Shown: positions 18,852 through 27,763 of the stretch, one piece after another | How positions within the stretch are numbered: the stretch's first letter is position 1 | How the letters are laid out: the number at the start of each line of letters is the position of its first letter | Origin: an uncultured Candidatus Saccharibacteria bacterium | GTDB lineage: Bacteria > Patescibacteriota > Saccharimonadia > Saccharimonadales > CAYOYH01 | DNA length: 38,805 nt | Reading direction: 5' to 3' | NCBI GenBank assembly: GCA_964408165.1 | Contig: CAYOYH010000001.1 | Coordinates: forward strand, 1-38,805 | Position numbers and translations under genes: made by a program | Notes under the pieces: model-generated | Seen by the model: the letters and a program-made list of their open reading frames with translations, nothing else | The model's database searches: none | What the model was told of the DNA's origin: nothing

Positions 18852-20285
18852 CTATATGCGCGGGTAAAGTACTCCCTTAAAACTGCGCACCACGCCTTCG
18901 TTGAAGATTTTGTCAATAGCAGCCGATGAGTTTGGTAGAAACGGCGCTAAGAGTTTAGATATTTGTAGCAAATTAGTGACAGCATAGGCCAGTACCGACT
19001 GCAAGTGTCTAGGGTCGGATTCTTTGGCTAATTGCCACGGCTTTTGAATGTCGATGTAGCGGTTTAAGCCGTGAACTTGCTGCCAAACAAATTCCAGGGC
19101 TTTGTCGAAGCGCATTTCTTCCATGGCATCGTGGTATGGACCTTCGTCGTGTTGATCACCAGCGGTTTCTCCTATAACACCTTCCTGATATTTCACAATC
19201 ATGCTAGCCAGTCGTTGCACTAAATTGCCCAAATCATTACCTAGCTCGTTGTTGTAGGCGTTTTCAAATTTGTCCCAGCTGAAATCACCGTCACCGTAGC
19301 TAGGGATATGTCGCAACAAATAATACCGCGTGGCGTCCGAACCGTAGGTGTCGACGAGTTCTGATGGCGCAATAACATTACCGATGGATTTGCTCATTTT
19401 CTGGCCGTCCACGGTGATGAAGCCGTGGACATACAAATTCTTTGGCAAAGGCAGTTCTAGTGCCAATAAAATAGCCGGCCAAATGGCTGCATGAAACCGA
19501 ATAATGTCCTTGCCAACAATCTGAATATCCGCCGGCCAGTACTGTTTCATGTCGGCGCCGTCGGGATAGCCAAGAACAGTGATATAGTTCATCAAAGCCT
19601 CGAACCAAACATACATGACCTGGGTGCTATCGCCAGGCACATCTATCCCCCAGGGGATTTTTTCCTTAGGGCGCGAAATGGAAATATCTTCCAGTCCCGT
19701 CTCCAAAAGAGAAAGGATTTCATTTCTGCGACTAACGGGTACAATTCGAAATTCTTCGCTATTGATGGCTGATTTAATTTGATCAGTAAATTCGCTGAGT
19801 TTAAAAAAGTAGTTTTTCTCTTCAAGTTTGCGCAGAGATTCGAAGCGCTTGGGGTCGGCCTTTTTTATCCTCTTGGCCTCTTCCTCGGTCAAAAAAGTTT
19901 CTTCCTTCTGGTCATACATGCCGATGTAGATGTTTTGATAGATGTAGGGTTCTAGCTTGATCCATATTTGCTGGGCAGCTTTTTTGTGTTTGGCATCGGT
20001 GGTACGAATGAAGTGGTCGTATTTCACATCTAAAATTTGACAGAGATTTTTGAAATTAGCAGACATTTGGTCAGTGAAATCTTTAAGCTCAACGCCTTGT
20101 TCTTTAGCCTTTTCCATAACTTTGCCGCCATGTTCATCGGTGCCGGTTGAAAACAAAACACTCTTGCCTTGCTGGCGGTGATACCGCGCCAAAACATCAG
20201 CCTGAATAAACTCCATGGCGTGACCGATATGCGGCACACCATTTACGTATGGGATTGATGTGGTTGCGTAAAATTTTTCTGCCAA
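18852..20285 (-). CDS. metG: methionine--tRNA ligase (short form, no C-terminal tRNA-binding domain)
   Basis: HIGH motif (PHIGH), KMSKS motif, overall MetRS-like sequence. Confidence 0.9.
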   Translation of the reverse strand: MAEKFYATTSIPYVNGVPHIGHAMEFIQADVLARYHRQQGKSVLFSTGTDEHGGKVMEKAKEQGVELKDFTDQMSANFKNLCQILDVKYDHFIRTTDAKHKKAAQQIWIKLEPYIYQNIYIGMYDQKEETFLTEEEAKRIKKADPKRFESLRKLEEKNYFFKLSEFTDQIKSAINSEEFRIVPVSRRNEILSLLETGLEDISISRPKEKIPWGIDVPGDSTQVMYVWFEALMNYITVLGYPDGADMKQYWPADIQIVGKDIIRFHAAIWPAILLALELPLPKNLYVHGFITVDGQKMSKSIGNVIAPSELVDTYGSDATRYYLLRHIPSYGDGDFSWDKFENAYNNELGNDLGNLVQRLASMIVKYQEGVIGETAGDQHDEGPYHDAMEEMRFDKALEFVWQQVHGLNRYIDIQKPWQLAKESDPRHLQSVLAYAVTNLLQISKLLAPFLPNSSAAIDKIFNEGVVRSFKGVLYPRI

Positions 20286-20327
20286 TTTAAAACTACTCCC
20301 GGAGGTTGCCTTTCTCTTGATGCACGT

Positions 20328-22373
20328 TCACTGAACAATGTGGCGCCTGGGGTTCTTTGCGCTCGGTTTTTGGAAACCGCTACCACTATTGCTGGAAGCA
20401 ATTGTACCACGAGTTATGGGTGGTTCGACTTTGGGCGGCTTGCTGGTTGAGTGTTTGGTTTTTGACGGTTTAGGCGCTGGTTTCGGTTTAGTGACGACAG
20501 GTGGCGGAGATTTCAAGGGTGGCGCCTCGTCTTTCACAGACCTACCACCGACCATGTCCATATTCTCTACATCACCACCTGATTCTTCGTCGTGCATGAT
20601 TAGGGAGTCCTTGCTAGGTTTGTACTTACTGTCAGACCAACGTTTTTTTGCGAAGAAGAGCCAAGCAGCTCCCAGGAACGACAGCAGCGTTCCAACTATT
20701 AAAACTGTGTAATTGGTGGTGGAGTGAACCGTAGCTATTTCTGTTGTCAAGGTTTGTCCGTCGAAGGTGTAGCCATATTTTACTTCTTCGCTGTTGAATG
20801 CCGCTGCTCCGAAGCGCAGCGTTTCGGATTCGATGTTTTGCATCGGCGCTAGTGAGCCAAGCATTTTAATTTGTCCATCAAATTTAAGGAGCGCATTGCC
20901 GTCGGTTATTATGCCTGGGGGCATCTCTATGCGCACATTCATAATGCTAACGCCAGGAAAAATAACTGTTTTGACCGCGCTAAGCACCGGTACCTGCTCA
21001 GGTATCTCGAAGGCGTCCAAACTATACACAACATTCATAGAATCTAAATTCACCGGTGGCAGGCTGTCCGACACACCCCACAGCGCTAAGCCAACATGCA
21101 GCACGCCGCTATTGCCAAAGTGATTTCCGAAAACGCTCAGTGCGGGATCGATGGTCAGCCAGCCAGAACCTGGAATGTAGGCTTCCACCCAAATGTGGTT
21201 TCGACTGTCGCTGAGAATGAATTGACCGTCGCTGATTAATTTACCCAGGATCGCTCTGGCGGGCACACCGGCTTGGCGCAATTCGCCTATCAAAAGATTG
21301 GCATACTTACCACTGCTGTCGATGTTGGTGCTAGCTAAATCTTGATTGTTTTTTAGCACTGTCTGAGTACGGGCAAACGACAAAACGGTATCGTAAATTG
21401 TTTGAATTATTTCAGACACAGGGGACGTCGGGTTTATATTTGTCTCTATTTTATCGCCAGACCATTTGTCGGTTTGAGCAGTGTAGAGATTCACTAACGA
21501 CGGGTTAATGTCGCCAAGTGTCTCCTTGGAGTCAAGAGGGTAGTTCAAATTTTTTACATTGACTATCGCTCTGGCAACAACATCGACAGACCCCCTCGGG
21601 CCCAGACGATACTGCGCCAAGATATTGCCGTCTTGGTCGAGACGCACATTGCTAGGTTTTGGCTCCAAAGAACTTAAGATGACTTGTTGCTGGTTGGTGT
21701 CTGGCGGCAGAGTCAACTCCATTGTCTGCCACCACCAACTGTCATTTTTAAGCTCTGTTGAAATGTCTACTACCACTGTTGCCGCCGAGCCAAAGATGAG
21801 CGTTACTGCGTCAACCACCGGCCCAGTTTTGTTTTCGTAGATAAATATCTGCTCACCAACGGCGATGTCGGTTTTATCTGGTGTCGGCAACGCCACCGCC
21901 AAACCTATGGTCAAATCAGCAGAAATTACAGTTCTCTGACTGGTTATAGCTAGGCCAATATTGTTAAGTGTGGGTATTTGTATAACCTTGGATCTGCCTA
22001 GGTCGCTAACAATCTGAGATTTATAGTCTAGGGTTAATCTCCAGGTCTTGTCTTTACCAGCTAAGCCTGGTGGCAACTCAATATCCACCGTGCTGCCGTC
22101 ATCGCTGACCGTCGCCGAGACACTGCTACCGTTTACTTTAGCAACGACGGAACTAACTTCGCTGCCGGCAAGAGGCACCTTTAACACCCTTGGGGTTGGG
22201 GCGGCTGAGGTGTTTTTTGCATTAATCACATGGCTAACAGTACCCACCCCGTCACTAGTGACTTTGTAGCTACTGTCAATGGAGTAGCTGATATCGGAAA
22301 CGGCCAATGACCGCCCAAAAATAGCTAATCCAAATAAAATAGTCAGTGCGCTCAGCGCCAGTAATCGCTTCAT
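20328..22373 (-). CDS. transglutaminase-like surface protein with signal peptide, C-terminal TM anchor and Pro/Lys-rich tail
   Basis: LRQAGVPARAILG...NHIWVEAYIPGSGWLTIDP is a transglutaminase core pattern. Confidence 0.75.
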   Translation of the reverse strand: MKRLLALSALTILFGLAIFGRSLAVSDISYSIDSSYKVTSDGVGTVSHVINAKNTSAAPTPRVLKVPLAGSEVSSVVAKVNGSSVSATVSDDGSTVDIELPPGLAGKDKTWRLTLDYKSQIVSDLGRSKVIQIPTLNNIGLAITSQRTVISADLTIGLAVALPTPDKTDIAVGEQIFIYENKTGPVVDAVTLIFGSAATVVVDISTELKNDSWWWQTMELTLPPDTNQQQVILSSLEPKPSNVRLDQDGNILAQYRLGPRGSVDVVARAIVNVKNLNYPLDSKETLGDINPSLVNLYTAQTDKWSGDKIETNINPTSPVSEIIQTIYDTVLSFARTQTVLKNNQDLASTNIDSSGKYANLLIGELRQAGVPARAILGKLISDGQFILSDSRNHIWVEAYIPGSGWLTIDPALSVFGNHFGNSGVLHVGLALWGVSDSLPPVNLDSMNVVYSLDAFEIPEQVPVLSAVKTVIFPGVSIMNVRIEMPPGIITDGNALLKFDGQIKMLGSLAPMQNIESETLRFGAAAFNSEEVKYGYTFDGQTLTTEIATVHSTTNYTVLIVGTLLSFLGAAWLFFAKKRWSDSKYKPSKDSLIMHDEESGGDVENMDMVGGRSVKDEAPPLKSPPPVVTKPKPAPKPSKTKHSTSKPPKVEPPITRGTIASSNSGSGFQKPSAKNPRRHIVQ

Positions 22374-22535
22374 CTTCTATGGTGACAATTTTAACACAAC
22401 TCGCTTTAGGTTCTAAGAGGCGTACTTCCTGGCATGGTTGTCAGTGCGAGCAAACTCACATATTTCTCAACTTGGAGTTCGCGGATTTACGGCATGGACA
22501 CATCAATCTGCGCTGTCGATGCTATTCGTGCAAAG

Positions 22536-23471
22536 CTATACGATTAAATTCGACAGTACTGTAATCGTCACCACGCTAACCACGGTCGATGCCAACAGTG
22601 TCATGGCTGCAAACTGAACATCCAGCTTGTACATCTCTGCCATAACAAACACTGTAACCGCCACAGGCATGGCCGCCATAAGTATCGTGATCTCAAAATT
22701 GGGAGAGGGTTGATTGCTAAAGAGCATGACCATCCATGCCACTAACGGAACAACTGCCATCTTAAGCACCAGCACGACGGACAACTGGGGGAGACGAGAT
22801 TTTCGGAACTTATGACCATACATAAAACTCCCCAGCGCCAGCAATGCAATAGGCGACGCAGTAGTAGCAATCATCTTCAGGGGAACTACCAGTACTTGTT
22901 CTGTCCATTCTGGCCAGCCACCCGCCAAAGATATCGCTACCCCGAAAACCGCAGATATAATGAGAGGGTTGTGCATAATCTGCTTAACGATAAATCCGGC
23001 TTTCTTGGTGCCAAAATAATAAAACTCAAACACAACAAGAGCTAGCGTAAGCCCGCCCACTAACTGAACCACCCCGACTGTTGTAATTAGGCTGTTGATG
23101 TCACTATTTATTGACCCTGTAATTGCGCTATCCGTTAAAGGTATCCCTAAATAGACGGTGTTGCCTACGGTTGCTGCCAGCAGAATCACCGCCTTCGTTT
23201 TGCGACTGAACGGGAGAAACGCCAGAATAGCTATCACTATGAATGCAGCCAAAAGCATGAAGAGAAGATTGTAGGCAATGAGCGAGATGATGTCGTTTTC
23301 ACTCCAAGAAACTGTGGTAAAACTGTAGATTATCAACGCCGGCAACGAAACATAGTAAACGAAACTACTGAGCATCCTCGTCCAGGTTTTTTTGATAATA
23401 CCGTGCCTCCTCAACAGATATCCCAGGAGGATTATCATGAAAATAGGGATAGTGGAAAAGAAAGTTATCAT
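22536..23471 (-). CDS. AEC (auxin efflux carrier) family permease
   Basis: 311 aa, about 10 TM helices, N- and C-terminal halves typical of the family. Confidence 0.7.
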   Translation of the reverse strand: MITFFSTIPIFMIILLGYLLRRHGIIKKTWTRMLSSFVYYVSLPALIIYSFTTVSWSENDIISLIAYNLLFMLLAAFIVIAILAFLPFSRKTKAVILLAATVGNTVYLGIPLTDSAITGSINSDINSLITTVGVVQLVGGLTLALVVFEFYYFGTKKAGFIVKQIMHNPLIISAVFGVAISLAGGWPEWTEQVLVVPLKMIATTASPIALLALGSFMYGHKFRKSRLPQLSVVLVLKMAVVPLVAWMVMLFSNQPSPNFEITILMAAMPVAVTVFVMAEMYKLDVQFAAMTLLASTVVSVVTITVLSNLIV

Positions 23472-23517
23472 GCGGGCACGATTATAGACGAACGAAGAAT
23501 AAACACTAGTTTTATAA

Positions 23518-23688
23518 TCAGGACTTACGTGTTCGTAAGTTTGATGCTAGTTTGCTCCAGGTGGAATCCAGAGTTGTTTTCTCTGGTGAAAACATAGCCA
23601 AGCTACGTTTTAGCGCCAGAAAAATAAGCCTGGAACCGTCTGGTGTGAACGGTCACAAACTTACGAGCGCGTAAGCCCTGAAAGTGTC
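23518..23688 (+). repeat. intergenic repeat family D, copy 2
   Basis: Aligns with 8165..8333. Confidence 0.8.
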
Positions 23689-23820
23689 TATTTTGAAGTG
23701 ACGACTACCGAAAATGGTTCTCTTTTTGATACGCAGAGCGCTGTTTGCCCGCCAAGCATACAGCTCACTTAATGTTAATCAGGGGTATTCTTGGTGGAAA
23801 TTTTACGACCACGCACCGTT

Positions 23821-24558
23821 TTAACCTCGAATGTACGCCAGAAATCTACCAGTTTGGCCTTCTTTTCGGGCCGAGAAAAAACGATCGGTGTTTTCGTAGG
23901 TGCAAATACCTACGTCCTCAATTTGGGTTACACCCTCAGTCCGAAGTTGAGCCATGTTGACGCCCCGCAAATCCAGCCCATACTTACCGCCCTCTCGCGA
24001 CTTTGAATACTCGCTGTCAAAACGCTCGGCTACTTCTGGTCCGACCTCATAGCATTTACCGCAAATTCCCGGGCCAATTACCGCCATAATCTGGCTAGGC
24101 TCAGCGCCGAGCCGAGTCATCTGTTTTACAACTTTAGCTGTAATTTTACCGGCACTGCCCTTCCAGCCAGCGTGCGAAATACCAACGACACCGGACTGTT
24201 TATCTGCGAGCAAAATTGGTACACAATCGGCGACAGTTACTGCCAATGCCAAGTTTTTTAGTTTAGTTGCAGCACCGTCAACGCCATAAAGCGTCATTAG
24301 CCCGTCACATTTATCTACCGAAGCTACATTGCTCCCGCCCTCTAAGTACAGTAAGGCGCATTTTTTAATCGGTGGATTGGCTTCATCAAATATACTGGCG
24401 AGATTGGTAGTAACATTCTTAATTTTATCGAGCACAAGAGGCGAGACCTTGGTGTTGAGCGAATCCATCGGCGCTGGGCTAACACCACCACTGCGCTCGG
24501 TGAAACCGTGAGTAATGTTTAAGTTACTTAGTAGTGCCGATTTGACTATTTTCACCAT
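23821..24558 (-). CDS. pgeF: YfiH/PgeF (DUF152) family purine-nucleoside/peptidoglycan-editing enzyme
   Basis: HGFTERSGGVS, VADCVPILLAD, ISHAGWKG. Start at MVKIVKS. An alternative start at 24612 would overlap rsmA. Confidence 0.8.
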   Translation of the reverse strand: MVKIVKSALLSNLNITHGFTERSGGVSPAPMDSLNTKVSPLVLDKIKNVTTNLASIFDEANPPIKKCALLYLEGGSNVASVDKCDGLMTLYGVDGAATKLKNLALAVTVADCVPILLADKQSGVVGISHAGWKGSAGKITAKVVKQMTRLGAEPSQIMAVIGPGICGKCYEVGPEVAERFDSEYSKSREGGKYGLDLRGVNMAQLRTEGVTQIEDVGICTYENTDRFFSARKEGQTGRFLAYIRG

Positions 24559-24595
24559 GTTGTCGTTGGCGAGCGAAAATCTTGAAACTGTGTGA

Positions 24596-25363
24596 TTAGT
24601 GCAGTTTTTCATACAACTGCTTCCACTGCTTCAGGCTGAGCTCTTGAGCTCTTGAGTTTTCACCAAGTCCACCGTCAAGCACTATCGCGCGGACTTGGTC
24701 TTTGGTCATTCCTAACCCGCCCGAGAGCGAATTGATAAGTTTTTTTCGCCTTTCACCGAAGCCAGATTTTACTAGGCGAAAAAACTTAGCCTGGTCTAGC
24801 GCGTATAGCGGTTCATCTCTAGGTTTTAGCTGTATGATTTGTGAATCAACTTTTGGCGCTGGTTCGAAAAACTCTGCCAAAACCACCTCTTTTAAGTCAA
24901 CCTGCGCGTGAAACTGCGCACTAACGCTAAGCACTGACATGCTGCCCGGTTTAGCTGCGATGCGCTGGGCAACTTCTTTTTGCACCAACAAGGCGATTAG
25001 AGACGGTTGGTTGTTGGCTTCTAGAAGTTTTCTTAGGAGTTTTGATGTCAAATAGTATGGAATGTTGGCGACAACCTTGTAATTTGGTTTCATGGATTTC
25101 AAATCAAACTGCAATATATCACCCTCCACTAAGTTGATCTGTTCAGAGCTATAGCGCTTAGTAAGGTCTTCTACTAGCCGTTTGTCATATTCTACAGCCG
25201 CAACATTGGCGCCACGAGCCAGTAGTAAGTCTGTCAAGGCACCGAGACCTGGCCCAACTTCCAGTATTTCGTCTTTTTCTTTGACTTCACCAGCCTCGCA
25301 CATCGCTTCTAGCGAGGCGCTATCTTTGAGCCAGTGCTGTCCCAGACTTTTGTCTGTTTTCAT
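24596..25363 (-). CDS. rsmA: 16S rRNA (adenine1518/1519-N6)-dimethyltransferase
   Basis: LGQHWL, ILEVGPGLGALT, ANIPYYLTS. Confidence 0.9.
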   Translation of the reverse strand: MKTDKSLGQHWLKDSASLEAMCEAGEVKEKDEILEVGPGLGALTDLLLARGANVAAVEYDKRLVEDLTKRYSSEQINLVEGDILQFDLKSMKPNYKVVANIPYYLTSKLLRKLLEANNQPSLIALLVQKEVAQRIAAKPGSMSVLSVSAQFHAQVDLKEVVLAEFFEPAPKVDSQIIQLKPRDEPLYALDQAKFFRLVKSGFGERRKKLINSLSGGLGMTKDQVRAIVLDGGLGENSRAQELSLKQWKQLYEKLH

Positions 25364-25794
25364 TCTTGTACGTCTAAAACCTTAAGACCAACAGCTTCGT
25401 TGTGGGTTCGAGTTAGTGGTTTAGAGAAAGTTCGAATATATATTTCGCAGGTAGCCGCGGTAGCCGCTTCTTTAAGGTGGCCGCCGTAAACATGATAATT
25501 GCTATCGGCCATGGTCGCGTGCAAATGAAGGGCTGGTTTGTCGCCAATTAACGCAACTGTACCGCTGATGTTCGTAATCTCCAGTAGCTCATCATGGCGC
25601 TCGTACTCATAAGCGCGTTGCGCAAGATCATAAAACGCCAGCTCAGCCCAAAGGGCGCCACCAACTCCACTGACCACACCCGATTGAATATCTTTGTCTA
25701 TGCAAAATTGCGTCAGCGTACTAATAATCAGTTCGCCTTTCTCCAGGCGCACCATGTAGCCATCATCTACTTTTGCAAAAACCATTACAGGCAA
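25360..25794 (-). CDS. PPC (DUF296) domain protein
   Basis: LEITNISGTVAL...PALHLHATMADSNYHVYGGHL pattern. Confidence 0.65.
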   Translation of the reverse strand: MPVMVFAKVDDGYMVRLEKGELIISTLTQFCIDKDIQSGVVSGVGGALWAELAFYDLAQRAYEYERHDELLEITNISGTVALIGDKPALHLHATMADSNYHVYGGHLKEAATAATCEIYIRTFSKPLTRTHNEAVGLKVLDVQE

Positions 25795-25820
25795 GTATAG
25801 AGGAATTGGCGATTGGAATC

Positions 25821-25869
25821 TAGAAGTTAGAAGTTAGAATTTAGAAGCTAGAAGTTAGAAAATGGAAAA
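25821..25869 (+). repeat. imperfect heptanucleotide tandem repeat, 7 units
   Basis: tagaagt tagaagt tagaatt tagaagc tagaagt tagaaaa tggaaaa. Confidence 0.85.
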
Positions 25870-25959
25870 TGCCACAGGGTGGACGATAGAAAAAGCAGGA
25901 AGTAATGTTAGGTGAGAGGTCTGAGACTCCCAACTCCTGCGACCAAAGGTCGCTTACCT

Positions 25960-27228
25960 CTACCACCAATAGTTATCTTGCCAAAAAGCAAATGCTTGAG
26001 ACCAGGAGCCGTATCGAGCCTGAGCGTATTTATCGCACCAGCGAAGTTGCGTAATCGGGTTAGTCATGTAGTCGTCACCCGCACTAGCCATTTTGTAAGC
26101 AGGTAGAGATTGGCAGAGTCCATACGCACCAGAGCCAAGAGTATTCCAAACCAGATGCCTCCACTGGCTTTCTCTGGTAATAATAAAGTCAACATACGGC
26201 CAGTCAGACTGGGCAATTCCCGCTGCATTCATCCAGTACAGTTTATCTCCGGAAATGTCAATTTCTTTGGCTCCAATAATCACCACTTCGTCCTCTGGCT
26301 CGAGCAGTGTCACCTTCTGAAGTTTAATTCTCTCGTTTTCTAAGCCACCGCTAAGAATCACCTTGTACACAACTAGAGCCCTACCGGCTTCACCCGGAAT
26401 CTTCACTCGTTCACTACCAATGGGTGCGTTGGGATCGTTGATAACCTCACGCCCGTAAGCTACCACCTCCTCTTGAGCGACAACCTTCGTTCCTTCTCTG
26501 GTCACCGCTACACGCATACCATTAGTTATTGACGAGTCTAGTCCGGGTTCGACCACATCTGACTCCGCTAAAACAACCCCTTTGCCATCCAGGAAATCGC
26601 CGACTGTTGTGGCTTGGGTGCGAGCTTTTACTACAGTATCGTAGAGGATGAGCTCTATCTGTTCAGCACGATCAACTGCCAACTCCATGCCGACCACTCC
26701 ATTCAAGAAATCGTTTACTCTGGTCGTCTCGAATTCATCTTCCGGATGAACCGTAAGACCGGCTACTTGGGCGATTCTTTGGGGGCTTTGGTAGGCTGTA
26801 GCAACAATACTTCGAGTGTTGCCATCAACTATCGTAACTAGCCGTGCTCTGTAGATATTAATGCTAAATGTGCCACCAGCAACTACCTCATTGAGCCCCG
26901 GCTCAACTAGATCGTTTGAACCAATTACAAAATCGGCTCGACTAAGTACCTCCGATACCGTGCCTGCTTCAGTGACAAAACTTCTCTCGATTTGAGCGTC
27001 ATGGATTGTAACAATCGTTTTATCCTGGGCGCCTGTAGGGGTAGTCATAAAAATTACGATTACCGCAGTTGAAACCACGGCTACGAATATAAACAGACCG
27101 TCCTTCAGTGATTCATGAAATGTAAGTGATTTCAAAACTACGAACTCTCTTATCTTTAGCGCACCTAGGTAATGTCTGTCGAACTTTGAACTGTAGTTTT
27201 GTTTTGTCTTCGACTGAAAACTATACAA
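25960..27228 (-). CDS. RpfB-like cell-wall protein: TM anchor, DUF348 repeats, G5 domain, C-terminal transglycosylase/Apf-like domain
   Basis: Repeated xVxDxLxxxxxxLxxxDxVxPxL modules, a G5-like segment, and GSGAYGLCQSLP...RYGSWSQAFAFW. Confidence 0.75.
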   Translation of the reverse strand: MYSFQSKTKQNYSSKFDRHYLGALKIREFVVLKSLTFHESLKDGLFIFVAVVSTAVIVIFMTTPTGAQDKTIVTIHDAQIERSFVTEAGTVSEVLSRADFVIGSNDLVEPGLNEVVAGGTFSINIYRARLVTIVDGNTRSIVATAYQSPQRIAQVAGLTVHPEDEFETTRVNDFLNGVVGMELAVDRAEQIELILYDTVVKARTQATTVGDFLDGKGVVLAESDVVEPGLDSSITNGMRVAVTREGTKVVAQEEVVAYGREVINDPNAPIGSERVKIPGEAGRALVVYKVILSGGLENERIKLQKVTLLEPEDEVVIIGAKEIDISGDKLYWMNAAGIAQSDWPYVDFIITRESQWRHLVWNTLGSGAYGLCQSLPAYKMASAGDDYMTNPITQLRWCDKYAQARYGSWSQAFAFWQDNYWW

Positions 27229-27319
27229 AACGCAGTGGTAAATAGCAACTTTGATTGGATTTAGGATCTAGAAATTAGCCCCCAACTTCCAACTCCCTCC
27301 GCCCACCGGCGGATACTGT

Positions 27320-27763
27320 CTATCGTCTAAACCCCAGCGCTTCTTTGACTAGTGGGTGAAGGTTTTCGGGAAGCTGACTAATGTCAAACCAGCCCGCTTC
27401 GATTATCTCAGGACGGCGCACTACAAAAACCTCTTTTTGAGGCAACGAAACCTCAAAAACAACTACTGGAAAAACGACGGTGTCTTCGTGCTGTCTAGTT
27501 CTTAGGATTTCTCTGAGCAATCCAGGATCTACACTCACATCTAACTCTTCGGCTATTTCTCTGCTCAAACCCTGATTCGGCGTCTCCCCACGGTGAAGAC
27601 CGCCACCCGGCAGAACCCATTTCTGTAGTCCAATCCAGTTACGAAGCAGTAGTACTTCGTTTTTGTAAATTATTAATCCGCGAGTGCGCAACTTTCTGGA
27701 TATAAACAAACGGACAAAAGGCTTGGCGACAAAAAAGATAAATCGTCCAATTCTTTCGCTCAC
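27320..27763 (-). CDS. NUDIX hydrolase
   Basis: Nudix box GGGLHRGETPNQGLSREIAEELD. GTG start overlaps the pcrA stop by 1 nt. Confidence 0.85.
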   Translation of the reverse strand: MSERIGRFIFFVAKPFVRLFISRKLRTRGLIIYKNEVLLLRNWIGLQKWVLPGGGLHRGETPNQGLSREIAEELDVSVDPGLLREILRTRQHEDTVVFPVVVFEVSLPQKEVFVVRRPEIIEAGWFDISQLPENLHPLVKEALGFRR

